Counted from the stretch's first letter, positions 25,383 through 40,418 are shown. The stretch: 64,000 bases of DNA from Eledone cirrhosa (GCA_964016885.1 OZ024745.1:32302001-32366000); one strand, 5' to 3'. A program made the numbers and translations. The notes: generated from the letters alone by a model not told the origin.

Positions 25383-26351
25383 ATGATAATAATGATATTG
25401 ATGATGGTAATGAACCAACCATATATTATAGTGAAAGACTACAAAGAGAAAAATATGTCTTCTAATTAATGTATCAAACTCCACAGATATATCTACCAAG
25501 GAATTAGAGAAACTATCCAACTATAAAGAGCTCTCTCTCTCTCTCTCTCTCCCTTCTCTCTCTTTGCATACATGTATTTTATATAAAGAAGTTCACTTGA
25601 CAACCACATGCTTCCAAGTTTGGTCCCACTAGCATAACAGCATCGTTACATACATTCCCGTGCTTTACTAAGATCATGTAAAGTATATTAGACCCCTTCA
25701 ATCATGAATGACAATGGGATTTACACCTAGAAATTTTCCCTTCCGAGGCACAAGTCCAGGTAATGTGTTTTTTTTTTTTTGGAAGACCAACAATCACCCA
25801 TACATGTCTCCTCTCTCCACGCCACCGATGTTCTCCAAGAGAAAGACAAATGTTGATACAGCTTTGGCACCAGTGACGTCACACCTTATTTCTACAGCTG
25901 AGTGAACTGAAGGAACATGAAATAAAGTAATTGAACTCATAACCTCGCAATTGTGAACCCAACAGTCTAACTACTAAGTCATACACCTTCCCTATCATGT
26001 AAAGTACTGAAGTACAAAATATATTTGTATACTTTATGCATAAATACATATTTCACAGCGTGTGTCTATGTATTTATTTGTAACTTATTTGTTTACTCAC
26101 TGGAAGTAAAAGAGAACTAAGATAAATAGAAAGACAGAGAATATTACTACAGTAGCTGGCTCTATGCCAAGCAAGTGGCTGATGGTTAGGTGAGTGCTTC
26201 TCTTCAAATAATTAGGTTTGTTGGATGCTTTTATAGATGATGTGATTTTCAAGCTTAAAGTTCTGATGGTAGGGAAAACAGACTTCACAGGAGTGTATAG
26301 ATGTGTATATATTGAGGTAGAAAGGAAAGTAGAAGAGAATAAACCATCTGC

Positions 26352-26382
<31 letters not shown>

Positions 26383-26398
26383 ATAATAGTAGTAGTAA

Positions 26399-26430
<32 letters not shown>

Positions 26431-26530
26431 ATAGTAGTAGTAATAGTAGTAGTAGTAGTAGTAGTAGTAATAGTAGTAGTAATAGTAGTAGTAGAAGTGG
26501 TGGTAAGTGGTAACAATAGTAGTAGTAATA
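26352..26530. repeat. (GTA)n microsatellite
   Basis: Directly visible. Confidence 0.95.
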
Positions 26531-26557
26531 GCATTAGCAGTATGTTGAGTACTCAAG

Positions 26558-26734
26558 TACAATGGTCGACTGAAAGGTTCCTGACCAAGATACTCTCATG
26601 GAATGACCAAATGAGGTTTATTTTCCAACATAGTCCCTGGAAAAAAACAGGCAATGCAGTTATTAATGAGAAAAGTTGAAATTAATGCATGCAAGATTTC
26701 ACAGCCCTAGCATCACTTCTCCATAGTCAGCCTA
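26558..26734. mobile_element. Mariner MITE (decayed)
   Basis: Colinear with 61262-61463. Confidence 0.75.
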
Positions 26735-27938
26735 CATATACATATTCTTGTGACACCAAATCCTTCTTCTTTGGAGAAGTTAAAAAATGTCAGAAAAAAT
26801 TTGATTTTTATGTTTATTTTATTATATTTCCTTTTTTAGTAAAAAAAATTTCTCTTTTCCAATTGGAATTTCTTTACCCTCCCCCCCCACCCCCTCACCT
26901 CTTCCCCTCCCCTCCTAAATATCTATCAATCTCGTTTTACTTTTCTAAAGAAAATTATGCATATATGACTGGAAAACAAGTATAAGAAAGTATGTGTGTG
27001 TGTGTGTTTGTGTGTATTTGTGTGCTTGTTTGTGTGTGTGTGAATATAAATTCATGTGTCTGCATGTTTGTGTATTTGGGTATAAATACATGTGTGTGTG
27101 TGTGTTTATGTATGCCCATGTGTGTGTATGGGTATAAATACATGTGTGTGTGTATATTTGTATGTGTGTCTTTGTACATGCCCATATGTGTGAACGTATT
27201 TGTATTTGTGTGTATGTTTGTGCATGTATGTATATATATATTTATGTGTGTGTGTGTGTATGAATGTAAATTCATGTCTGCATGTTTATGTGTATGGGTA
27301 TAAATACCTATGTGTGTGTATGGGTATGAATACATCTGTGTGTGTGTGTATGTGTGTAAATACATGTGTGTATGAAAGGTGTATCATGAAATCAAAGATG
27401 ATTCAATGAGATGAAGAATGAGTGACAGTGTGGAAGTGTTTCCTGTTGATTTCACACTGTTTGAGCTGACATATCATTTGATACCTCTTGCTCAAGTCTT
27501 TTACATGTAAATTCTGACTTAGAAAAATAATATAGTTTGGATTTCATTTTTGTCAGATATCTTTTCTTTAGCACACACATGGGACCTCAACATAGTTAAT
27601 GGAACACCCAGAGGAGATTTAACCAAGATTATTGTCAGGAATATGTAACACAAAGTCTGTAAGTCTGTCTTCTGCATGGCAGTGGCATCTGTATGAATGG
27701 ATAAACAACATTCTCTTGGCTAATATGAGAGAACCTACAAAAATGTGACCTAAAATATTTCATAATATATCAATAACCTATTGATGACAGGTAAACTGAA
27801 GTCAAACATAATTCTTCTTATATACCACCCCTACCCCTTACACACACATACACACACGCCATACACACACACACACACACACAAAGATCTATATATGCTA
27901 GCATGGAAAATGGACGTTAAATGATGATGATATATATA

Positions 27939-28152
27939 AAGTTTAATATAGAAATGGCTTCTACAGAACTAGAACTGTTTCATTCAAAAGAAATCATCAG
28001 GAAAGGGCTTTCCTGGTGACTTCTTTTGAATGAAACAGTTCTAGTCCTGTAGAAGCCATTTCTATAATAAACTTGATGTTTACACTCTAGTATCTACTAA
28101 TGCATTGAGTACCTTACTAACTGTGATAACCCCTGATTGAACCTGGGACTCA
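27939..28152. mobile_element. Fold-back cassette (67-bp arms) carrying a hammerhead, between TA tracts
   Basis: 27939-28005 pairs with 28008-28074; a unique tail then runs into (TA)n. Confidence 0.8.
27958..28005 (-). ncRNA. Minimal type I hammerhead ribozyme
   Basis: Minus strand reads ctttc CTGATGA tttc-tttt-gaat GAAA cag-ttctagtt-ctg TA^ gaag. The plus-strand twin has the mutated core CTGGTGA. Confidence 0.72.
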
Positions 28153-28681
28153 TATATATATATATATCAAATGAAGCAACAGAGTAAAAGACTCATGTTA
28201 TTTCCTGTAATTTAATGAGCTCAAGGAAATTTTTCTGGGCTCTTCAAAATATAATATAAAGAGGAGAGAATACACGAAAAGAATGTGTTTTCATTACAGG
28301 GGGTATATTACCCATAGAGTGAAAAACATAAAAACTGTGAGAGATATGTAGTCAATTGGAAGAGTATAGTGCTTGTGACCTTCACAGGAGCTTTAAGACT
28401 GGTGAGATTCATAAAGATGATGTTTGAGCATTCCAGAGGGATCAGGTTCTGGGGGAAGAAGAATTTGGTACAGTGGTAATTTCAGGATGTGGAAGTGTGA
28501 GAACTAACCACAGTATGGATTCCGGAAACATAAGGAACTGGAGTGTTAGGGTGGTGTAGATAGATGTGGTATGAAATAAGAGAACTCATCAGAGCAGAAG
28601 TTCTGGTAGTAGTGGCTGAATAAGCAAAGAGAAGACACAGCAACAGAATGTTGGCTAGACATTCTATTGTGCGTTGGTGAC

Positions 28682-28891
28682 TATGAAAGTAAGCTAAAAA
28701 GTTCACTGGTTGACTATGAAGGAGTGATGCTAGAGCAATGAAATCTTGCATGCATCAATTTCAACTCTTCTTATTAATAACTACATTGTTTCCCTCCAGG
28801 AAAAAAATATACCTAATTTGGTCATTTCATGAGAGTATCTTGGTCAGCCTATGAATTTTTCAACATATGAACTTTTCAGCCATCTCTCGTA
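28682..28891. mobile_element. Mariner MITE
   Basis: Same family as 11376; ends gaacttttcagccatctctcgta. Confidence 0.8.
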
Positions 28892-29704
28892 AATTACTGC
28901 CAATCACCCTGGTGATTGGGGGATGCAGTCTAGTGCCTTTGTGTGTGTTTGTATGTGTGTGCACACGTATGTGTGTGTGCACACGTATGTGTGTGTGCAC
29001 ACGTATGTGTGTGTGCACACGTATGTGTGCGTGCACACGTATGCGTGCGTGCGTGCGTGCGTGTGTGTGTGTGTGTGTGAATCCCAAATGTGTGAGGAAA
29101 GGTGTGTTAGCTGGTCTATCTATCTATGTTGGATCTCCTTATAATATATTTGTCAAAACTATTACAGAATCTTCAGGTATCACAAGACTCATTGGATATG
29201 GAAGGATGTCCCTATTGATATATCTACAGCAGTTGAAGTAATGATGGTGATGGTAATGGTGATGATGATGATGATGGTGATGATTATGATGGTGATGATA
29301 ATGGTATAGTCAGATTGAGAAAATCTAGATGTATAATAGAAAACAAATCAGAGAAGTGGTAAATGATTGTGTTATTACACCAGCCACTGGCCAGAACCAA
29401 TAGGTAAAGGCCAAGTGACCAAGTGGAATATGTCTACTCCTATATCTGTCATTCTACTATGTGCTGGGATCAGGTGAGAGCATGTTCCAGAATGTTCAGA
29501 AATGTTTCACAAACCTAAATTTGCAAGCCAAAATTCAGAGAGAGACAATGACAACCTGTGTTGATGACGGGTCAAAAACAGATCTGATTGGTTGGGAACT
29601 GCAGTCCAAAATGTATTTTAGTAAAAATGGAATATATTGTCATTGCAACCTATTTCTGAAAAGAAAGACACTGAGTTTGAATTCTGATTACTCCATGTCT
29701 AAAT

Positions 29705-29850
29705 GTGAAGGTGTGTGGCTTAGTGGTTAGAGAATTGGTTAGAGAATCTTGGTTAGAGAATTAGATTCACAATCTTGAGGTTATGAGCTTGATTCCCAGC
29801 CCAGGCAATGTGTATTTCCTTGAGCAAGACACTTTATTTCACATTGCTTT
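29705..29850 (+). mobile_element. CORE-SINE family B fragment
   Basis: gtggcttagtggttagag...ccttgagcaagacactttatttcacattgc. Confidence 0.7.
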
Positions 29851-30859
29851 TTCTACTAGGTGTTGCAATCAGTAGATTAACATATAGAATCATTAGAACA
29901 TCTGACTGATAAAATGACAAGTCAGTCAATCATATTGGTGGCCTCCCCACAGCCCCAGCAGACAGAGTATCAGTAATGGAAATACCAATGTAAACATTGT
30001 TTCCTTGGTCCAATTTGAAGAGCTTCACCTCACTAAGTGAATGAGGTCTGGGATTTTGTCAATAGATCTCTCTATTAGACAACTCTCTGTTACACATACA
30101 TATCTATACCCATCACTGATAATATAAGATTGTATTTTCCGTAATTTGATATATTTATTCTTCTTTGGATAGTGATAAGTGAAAAGTCCGAGTCCCCCCT
30201 CTCTTGCCATTCTTTTCCGGAGCAAAAGTCCTTTGCAGCATTTTGTGAATTAGGTTTAATATTATGAGGTAAACTCACAAAATAAATAAATAGATAGAAA
30301 AAACAGGAAAAAGATATTTTCCCACTGAAATCGGTGGGGAGTGTTTTTCTATAAATATTCCCCGGTTTCGGACGGGTTGCTATTGAAACAGTTAACTGAC
30401 CTTCCTTGTAGTGGGATCGAATTCAAGACTCGTGATTGCGAACTGAGCTTCTTAACCATTTATTTATGTTTGCTCTCTCTCTAGCTTCTTAACCATTTAT
30501 TTATGTTTGCTCTCTCTCTCTCTCTCTCTCTCGCACACACACACACACACACACACACCCACACCACACACACACTTAAAAGCAGGAGTGTGGTGTGCTG
30601 GTGTGCGAGGATATATTTCATTGTCCCGCTTCTATTTTTTGTACATCATTTTTTCTATTCAATAAAGTCAATTACTATGGTGTGTGAGCTAGAAGATATA
30701 ATTTTATTTCGACGCCGTCTCCCTAACAATTACTGTTAATGTTGATACTGTTGTTGATGATGATGGTAGTGGTGATGGTGATGACAACAACGTTGATGCG
30801 CTTGTTATTTTTGTTAATTTCCTTCAGTACCAGGAAGAGAAAAAGAAAGGCGCCTAGGA

Positions 30860-31411
<552 letters not shown>

Positions 31412-32459
31412 AAGACAGAAAGAGAGAGGCAGACAGAAAGAGTGGGGTGCAGGAAATTGGCACGGCTGCTGAGCTACTTCGAGTTTTTGGACAGTTAAGC
31501 TGCGCTGGAAAAGCAATCTCTCAGTGTGAAAGTCAGCGTGAGTGCGAGCGAGCGCACTTAAACATTCACTGAACACGCTTGGAATAATAATGATAATAAT
31601 AACACAAAGAAAATATGAAAAAATATAATGAATATTACTACACTATTACAGGACATTTTCAAACTATATAGAGTACTTACACATACACGCGCGGACCTAC
31701 ACACACTACAAATAATTCTTTCTAAGTTATTAGTTGAGTGTGTGTGTATATGCGCGCGCGCGTGTGTGTGTGCGTGTTGCAAAATAAATAAAAGATACGT
31801 ACGGTACAAGACGATGCAATGTGGATTTACATGAAAGAGTGTAAAAAACATAGGAAAAACGAAAAAGGTAACAAGAATATCCCAGGTGTATCTACTCTGA
31901 ACAGGCCTGATCGTTGGAGCTATACTCACTACACTTTCAACAAATATGTTGGAAAGCAACAATTCCTGCTCCATGACCAATTTTCTTTCTCAGTGAAACG
32001 AAGAGTGGGTGGGGCAGTTAAAGATTTGGCCAGAGATGAAAATGTTTGTCTTAAAACCTTTTTAATATTGTCCACTACACAACCTCTTTTGTCATGGCTA
32101 CCAGACAAATAAATACTTGCTGCCCTTCCCTGGACACGGCTGTGGGGCAATCTCCAAATTGGACTAGGCTAAGGTTGGATTTAGACCTTGGAAGGCCAGA
32201 GGCACTTCAGGTTTTGGGCGGGGAGCTCCTCATACACACAAAAAAAAATTAGAATATACAGCAAACTCCCGAATTTTACATATCAAAGTTAGCTTGACGC
32301 AAGTAATTGAAATTGAAGGGTTGTACACACAGGTATTAAATTCAAAAATTCTAACCACCTAAAATTAAAAAGCCCAGCTGAGGGCACAAATGAATTGTTA
32401 CGGCCGTCACTGGTGAGGCCATCCACTGCAGGGGGCTGAAGGCAATTTCCCCCTGTTGC

Positions 32460-33050
32460 CCTACCCCCCTCATTAAATCTGGCTCTGGACTCAACTAATA
32501 GCCCAATGTGTCCTACACAAGACAGCAGCTGTTCAATATAACTGTACAAGTCAGCAATGCTCTGGACAAGAGTGTATGTAGGATAGTTTTGTCACTCTGT
32601 ACACACCTCGGACATACCCAGTTGGCAGCACTTCCATGCCTGTAGAATTTGTCTTAAACTAGCAATACCAACAGTCAGTACCGTATATACTTGGATATAA
32701 GCTGAGGAATATGTGACCAAACACTCGATGGTAGAAGAGAGGCCATCATATATTCGGGGTCAATATTTTGATGATTTTCACCAACTTCAAATTCTACATA
32801 AATAAGGTTTGGATTTTTTCCCTTTTCTTAGACATAAAATAGTGGGTCAGCTTATATCAATGGTAATTGATTATGAAGGTGATGTAGGTGTTCCCCACCC
32901 CTACTCAGTCATTTAGGTATAGCTTCCTCTTGGCCCATTTCTAGGTGAGTTCTTGTCTATATGGGGATCTGGACCAAACTAGACCCAGGCAGATTAACTG
33001 GGCCATCCGTCCAACTATCCAGCATCTAATGACACTGTTGGACATCTCAG
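32460..33050 (-). pseudogene. Older fragments of the Tx1 LINE family, separated by a MITE
   Basis: YSYIEQLLSCVGHI parallels WNYVEQLLSRVGRI at about 18120-18150; 32968-33045 resembles 18955-19015. Confidence 0.6.
32679..32865. mobile_element. pogo/Tc1-like MITE
   Basis: TA-CCGTATATACTTGGATATAAGCTGA at the left end; degenerate TCAGCTTATATC..TGGTA at the right end. Confidence 0.55.
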
Positions 33051-33517
33051 ATGGTAGTGGTAGTGGTGGTGGTTATGTATGAATGGGCTTTTAACACATG
33101 ATGGAGTTGTGGGGGCACCATAGTAACATTACAGCATGTTTTGGATATCTAGACTTAATGGAGCCAATCTCTCTCTAGGTCTGAACTTAGCTGATTTCTT
33201 CCAGAAAAGGAGAAAGAGTGAGACAGATAATAGGAAGAAACAACCCCAGTACTGGACTGGTACTTTTCTATTGACCCTAACTTTGAAAGGATTAAAGGCA
33301 AAGTTGACATTGGCAGGATTTGAACTTAGAGCATAGAGAGTCGAAACAAATACCGCAAAGCATTCTATCTGACATTCTAACGACAGTGACAATTCACTTT
33401 ACGTAAAATAAAGTGTCTTGCTCAAGGACACAACACACAACCCGGTGAGGGAATCGAACTCACAATCTCATGATTGTAAACCCAATGCTCTAACCACTGA
33501 GTCAGGCAGGCAGGCAG

Positions 33518-33604
<87 letters not shown>

Positions 33605-34433
33605 ATCATCTTATCGTTTAACGTCCATTTTCCTTGTTAGCAAGTGTTGGATGGATCATCAGAGACTGGTCAATACTCAAGTGGAGCTATTTACCTCTCT
33701 GATAGGCTAGGGGCCTGCATCATATATTCGTTCCCACAATCTATTGATTGCCGAGATGAGCTGGATGGTGTATATCTCACATACGATCATACACTCTACA
33801 AAATGCGTTTTATCGTGGCCCCAAGGACTAAAGAAACTGTCATGTCTTTGAAACAACTGAAAGTCCTCGCAACCCTTTGTTTGGCAGGTTTTCTGCAGCT
33901 GGATCCTCTTCCTTTAACCAACCACTTTACAGAGAGTACTAGGTGCATTTATGGTGTAGATCACCAACTATAGGATGGTCTTCATGCCCTTGACATAATT
34001 GAAAAGAGAAATTGAAAGCGAAGTATCGGTCACGTCGCACTTTAGTATATGTATGTGTGTGTGTGTGTGTGCGTTTGTGTCCATGTGTCCACACATGGAC
34101 ATGGACACAAACACACACACACACACACACATACATACATATACTAAAGTGTGTGTGTGAAGAGGAAGGGTTCTATATGTGTGTGCGGGTGTCTGTGTGT
34201 GTGACGTCTTTCCATTTACAAGTTGTCAGTTCATGTTAGTTTGTACATGTGTATGGTGGTGTTGTATGTATACGCAACCACGCCTCCCCCTCGCCCTCTC
34301 TGTCGGTTTCAAAACATTTTGTTACGGCAATTTAACACAGAAAATAATAAAAATATTGTGAAAAATAAGAATTGATATGAGGTCATGTACGTCTTGAAAT
34401 TTAAACTTTATCATTAAAGAAATTATTATTATC

Positions 34434-34620
34434 GGTGAATTGGCAGTATCGGTAGAGGGTCGGACGCCATGCTTTCCAGCATAGTTACGTCCCTTTACGA
34501 TCTGAGTTCAAATCCCGCCGAGGTTGACTTTGCCTTTCATCCTTACGGGGTCGATAAAATAAAGTACCAGTAATGCACTGGGTTATTGCTGGCCTTGTGC
34601 CTAAAGTAGAAACAATTATT
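34434..34620 (+). mobile_element. SINE family A reference copy (tRNA head, Meta-like core, (ATT)n tail)
   Basis: tggcagtatcggtagag (box A-like), gagttcaaatccc (box B), gcctttcatccttacggggtcgataaaataaagtacc core. Confidence 0.88.
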
Positions 34621-34807
34621 ATCGAACCTGTGGTTTGTAGTACAACTGAGACAGGGCTCTTACCCTAAAGATCAGGGCACCCGTGGTTTTATTATAGAGT
34701 GACCCTCGAACATCTTCCTATTGAGGAACCTCCTTTGTTTTAATTTTATTGTTATCTTCCTTTTTTTAAATTGTTAAAATTTGTTTATACGCAAAACCCC
34801 TTCACCA

Positions 34808-34838
<31 letters not shown>

Positions 34839-35099
34839 CATATACACACCAACACACAAACACACACACCAACACACACACTGTGTTTTCGTCCTGTGCT
34901 GCCATAATGTGTTCGTGATGTAAACCCTTTTGGTTAATAAAGAAATCATCATTATCATTTTTTCTCCTTTCTTAGAAATAAATTTAAGAAGTTTTAATGA
35001 TTTGTCTTTATCTCTGAGGCGTGTGTTTATCCACCCACCCATACATCCTTACACCCATACATACATCCATCCATCCATCCATCCATCCATCCATCCATA

Positions 35100-35312
35100 C
35101 CCGCTTGGACCAATGTATAACTGAACTTGGATTTGTGGACAAAGAGCGCAGCTCCCTAATTCATAGTCTACAAAAGGCTGCGATAGCTGGCACCTTCAAA
35201 ATTTGCAAAACATTCTTGCGATTCAAGGGATGACAATTTCTTTTCTTTTACAACCTTGCCACCAGGAAGGTGGCCGGTCAAAAATATTCTCGAAATTAAG
35301 AGAAAGAGATAA
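35100..35312 (+). pseudogene. 3' end of an RLE-type non-LTR element
   Basis: ..LIHSLQKAAIAGTFKICKTFLRFKG* resembles the LQK...GT C-terminal motif of R4/NeSL-like ORFs; flanked by (CCAT)n and (ACAT)n. Confidence 0.5.
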
Positions 35313-35322
35313 ACATACATAG

Positions 35323-35509
35323 ATGGTGGCTGCCAACTCGTTTTCGAGTACGGCCACTACTTTATATCCATGTAGGAGAACCCCTACCAATGCGCTGAAC
35401 GAGTGTGACTTTTTAGTCCAGCCAGTGACTTGAAAACTCTGGTACAAACACTACACTTGTGACAATTATTGACACATAGTGCTGGGCCCATGGTACCATG
35501 TGACGACAA
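35323..35509 (-). mobile_element. 3' end of an RTE-like LINE with a terminal C2H2 finger
   Basis: [23 protein letters not shown], 3' stem-loop ctcg-aaaa-cgag; a closely similar copy lies at 43614. Confidence 0.7.
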
Positions 35510-36674
35510 TACATACATACATACATACATACATACATACATACATACATACATACATACATACATACATACATACATACATCCACCTATACGAATGCCA
35601 TACATGCACTCACCCTTATACATAAAGATAAATGAACAAAACACAAACATGTATCCACCAGACATTCATACATAAAATTCTGCATGTAATAACTACACAT
35701 CCACATGTACAGATAGAAAACATATGCACATGCACAACTCAAAACATATACACATACAATAACATCCATACCTGCACACACACGAACGCATACAGACATA
35801 CATATATCTACCTAGTTGATGATGTGTAAATTCCAATGAAAGAATCTAATGTCTGTTAGAACCCGACTCTATTGGTAAAAAATTATAGAATTATGAAACC
35901 TGAAGAACATACATACATACATACACACGTAAGCTTCAATATACTCACTGTACAGCTGTATGATAATGATGATGATGATCATGATGATGATGATGATGAT
36001 GATCCTCCGTTGGTTTCAACGATGAACTTTCAGTCATTCACTCAACCGAATGTCCGACTCGTGAATTAGCGCATAAGTGGTTGAGTATTCAACAGGCGCT
36101 TGAACCATTAATGTAATTCTCTTACAGGTGTCATCCAACCAGAGGCATATCTAGAGTATGACAAGCATGGGCACCACTTGAAAGGGGGCGCTACCTGGAC
36201 TAGGGCCACTTTCTATTAAAGTCAGATAAGGTATCGTCAGAGAATGAAAAAAGAAACTTCTTCAGATGTATGATTTGTCTTCGATTACCATGGGTGAGAA
36301 ACACTATGGTGGCTGGATCATTAAACCATTTATATAAATTATTAGGCTCATGGGTAAAAATACAGTGCTGGGAACTACATGATCACATACTATGAGGCAT
36401 ACCTCATAGTATGACTTTTCAAATATGTTAATAGGGTTTTAATATTTGTCCCCCTCTATCCTATTACATTCACAAGGCTTGGTTTAACCCAAAACTGTGA
36501 GATCAAACCAGGTCCATATTATTGCGAAGCGAACTTCATAACCATTCAAACATGCCTGTGTCCATAACTTTTATACGCAGTCTCTCGACCTACCATAGAG
36601 AGCGATGAAATTTCCTTGAATCACTCCCTAACGAAAAACATGCTTCTGCGTGTGAAAGACGAGATTGTTACTTC

Positions 36675-36824
36675 CATTGCCGGATTTACCATTGTGCTTA
36701 GATGTGCATAAGGCCTCGTTGGCCCATCTTCCTGCCCAAAAACTTTTTACTTCCTTCAGGGCCCACGTAAGGGACCTCATAACTTAACTAGAACAGGGCC
36801 TCATTTGTCCTAAATCTGGTACTG
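36675..36824. mobile_element. hAT-like MITE
   Basis: TIR CA(T/G)TGCCGGATTTA / TAAATCTGGTACTG; degenerate 8-bp TSD gttacttc/gtcatttc. Confidence 0.7.
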
Positions 36825-36937
36825 GTCATTTCTAAAATACATTTGATCTTAGGTTGGCAAAATCAAGACTGACTTCTGATTATAACAAGAACAATGACAA
36901 ACCTTCACAAAACATGCAATTTTAACATCTCCGTACA

Positions 36938-37103
36938 CAGTGCCGGATTTAGGACAAATAAGGCCCTGTGTTCGTTAAGTTATGATGTCCCTTTGAACGT
37001 TTGACATTTGAAAAACATTTGAAAAATTCATCGTAAAAAATATTTTTGGCAGGAAGATGTCCCCCGGCAACGGGGCCTAAACAAAATGGTAAATCTGGCA
37101 CTA
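36938..37103. mobile_element. hAT-like MITE, same family, opposite orientation
   Basis: CAGTGCCGGATTTA...TAAATCTGGCACTA; 8-bp TSD tccgtaca/tccataca. Confidence 0.75.
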
Positions 37104-37210
37104 TCCATACATGTTAGTGTAGTGTACTATGTATTAGTGTTTATCTCTTGGATCTATGTGTAAAATGCAACATGGCTGAACAGTTAAGAGGTTCGCTTCA
37201 TAATCGTTAG

Positions 37211-37475
37211 TGTAGGCTCTTGGCCTAGTGGTAACAGTATCGGACTTACGATCATAATGTCGAGGGTTCGATTTCTGGACTGGATTGTGTGCTCTGTTCT
37301 TGAGCAAAACACTTCATTTCACGTTGCTCAAGTATCTGCAATAAATAGCTAAGGGGTTTAACCCTGCGTTGACTGGCGTCCTGTCCAGGGGGAACTCTTG
37401 TAACTCTCAGTGGCTTCACGCCACGGAAACTAGGGTGAGCACCGGCCTGATGAGCCTCCAGGCATGCGACAGTGA
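37211..37475 (+). mobile_element. tRNA + CORE + V-like-domain SINE, nested in an older SINE
   Basis: tggcctagtggtaa...ggttcgattt, ttgagcaaaacactt, accctgcgttgactggcgtcctgtccaggggg...ggaaactagggtgagcaccggcctgatgagcc. Confidence 0.65.
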
Positions 37476-38034
37476 AACTTTTCATGAGCATCAGGTCTTA
37501 GGTTCGATCACACTGTGACATCACAAGCTCGTCTCGTTTTCCAATTGCTCGGATCGACCTATGCCCAATCAGTCAAATTGGGTAGACGGACGGAAACCGT
37601 TTGGAAGTTCATCGGATGGACTGTATTTGTAATTCAAAGTCCCGTCTTCGTCACCCACAGTGTTACACTGACTCTCCCTGACAATTACATTCAGAGTACA
37701 GGTCACTTACATGCTAATTTCGCGAGCAGATTGTTCCGTTAATCGAACAACTGGAAAACTCGTCGTCGAAACCAACGTAGATCCATTTCGCACTTGCGCG
37801 CGAGTATGTGTGCTAATACGTGACTAAATATTCAGAGGCTGCTTCAAATACATATACAATCATACAGAAACATACATAGATGATGTACATATGTACATGT
37901 AAATATGTACCTACATACTTTGGAATCTCCTTTCATGAAACCATTTATTATATAAGACATACATACATAAAAATCATCATATAAGGTGTGCTCTGCTTTG
38001 TATGCGATCAGTTTGAGTGAAGTATGCTTCTATG

Positions 38035-38074
<40 letters not shown>

Positions 38075-38169
38075 CTTACGATGTTACGCCTGCGTGTGTT
38101 CTATTGATGTGCGCTTCTCTAAGCTAGTATGTCTATCAGTGATTATGCGTGTTCAGCGTAACGTGTATG

Positions 38170-38205
38170 TGATGTGTGTGTGTGGTGTGTGTGGTGTGTG
38201 TGGTG

Positions 38206-38236
<31 letters not shown>

Positions 38237-38392
38237 TGTGGTGTGTGTGGTGTGGTGTGTGTGGTGTGGTGTGTGTGGTGTGGTGTGGTGTGGTGTGGTG
38301 TGGTGTGGTGTGGTGTGGTGTGGTGTGGTGTGTGTGTGGTGTGGTGTGGTGTGGTGTGGTGTGGTGTGGTGTGGTGTGGTGTGGTGTGGTGT

Positions 38393-38422
<30 letters not shown>
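38170..38422. repeat. (GTGTG)n/(GT)n microsatellite
   Basis: Directly visible. Confidence 0.9.
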
Positions 38423-38425
<3 letters not shown>

Positions 38426-38761
38426 AAAGAGTACACTTGTACGTGAGCGCTTGAGAACGCGTGTTTGTGTGTATGTGCCTATGTAATTGTGTATAATTGA
38501 TATAAGCGCGTTTGCGTGTACTCGCAACTGTATAAACTACATGTATATATACATATGCGTGTAAGTATATACATATCTGTTTATGTATTTTCTTATATTT
38601 GCGACGTGTGAGTGTGTGTGTGTTGTGTGCATGTGTATTTTTATTAAGTATTGCTGTGTGTTGGTGCAATTGTGTTGCTGTACATGCTGCGTTGCTGTAT
38701 ATGTGTATTTACCGTTTGTGTTGTGTATGGATGTGATCATACAGATTTGTTAGTGTGACAA

Positions 38762-38839
<78 letters not shown>

Positions 38840-38911
38840 AGTGTGTGAGTGTCGGTATATTTATTCCTGTATGTGTAAAAATGTGTATTTACTGTTTGAT
38901 CTGTGTATGTA

Positions 38912-38949
<38 letters not shown>

Positions 38950-39493
38950 AGTGTGAGAGTGTATGCGAGTGTGTGTGTGATGTGTGTGTGTGTCGGTATA
39001 TTTATGTCTGTATGTGTACAAACGTGTATTTACTGTTTGATGTGTGTATGTGTGTAGGTGCGTGTGTGCAAGTCTGTGTTTGTAGACACGCACACATGTA
39101 CTCGCTCGTCTGTTTCGCAATGACAAGTCGTGATGGCAATGGGAAGACCAACGAACAGATGATCAAGAACCAGCAGACCTCGCACGGACTATGTGAGGTT
39201 GTGGCCTTCATGCATTTAACTTAAAGAGGCAACCGAAACATTAACAATATCATTCCCTCTTTGTTCCCTTTGATTCTCTCCACCACCATACTCTTACACA
39301 TCCGCGCACACACACCTACATATACACACATGACTTAAGGCCCCTACGTGGTGTTTCGCTTTGCTAGAGATCATAACTAAAACTCCCTCAAATCAATGCC
39401 TTGTCTTCTAAATGGAAAACACTGTACTCCCAGTTATTTTTTTGTTGGGAGTTGGGGATGTTATTTGATACTGAAAATGTTATTTATACATAC

Positions 39494-39524
<31 letters not shown>

Positions 39525-39586
39525 CATATATATACATATATATATATATACATATATATATATACATATATATACATATATATACC

Positions 39587-39663
<77 letters not shown>

Positions 39664-39691
39664 ACATATACATATATATATATATATATAT

Positions 39692-39722
<31 letters not shown>

Positions 39723-39752
39723 TACATATATATACATATACATATACATACC

Positions 39753-39785
<33 letters not shown>

Positions 39786-39983
39786 ACATATACATATATA
39801 TATATATACATATACATATATAATATATATATATACATATATATATATATACATATATATATACATATATATATATACATATATATATACATATATATAT
39901 ATATACATATATATATACATATATATATATATACATATATATATACATATATATATACATATAATATACATATATATATATAC

Positions 39984-40016
<33 letters not shown>

Positions 40017-40261
40017 CTATTTATATACATATATACATATATATTATACATATATACATATACATATATATATACATATACATACATATATACATATATA
40101 TATATACATATATATATACATATACATATATATATACATATATATATATACATATATACATATATATACATATATATATATACATATATATATATATAGC
40201 ATATATATATATATACATATATATTATACATATATATATATACATATATACATATATATAC

Positions 40262-40332
<71 letters not shown>

Positions 40333-40387
40333 CATATATATATACATATATATATACATATATACATATATATATATACATATATAC

Positions 40388-40418
<31 letters not shown>

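Noticed and set aside
26097-26679. Poly-T/Y/V ORFs
   Set aside because: They are translations of the (GTA)n microsatellite.
34434-34520. tRNA genes
   Set aside because: The A/B boxes belong to SINE heads, which run into SINE cores and do not form a full cloverleaf.
37440-37482. CTGATGA...GAAA as a hammerhead
   Set aside because: Stems I and III do not form; the sequence is part of the V-like SINE tail.
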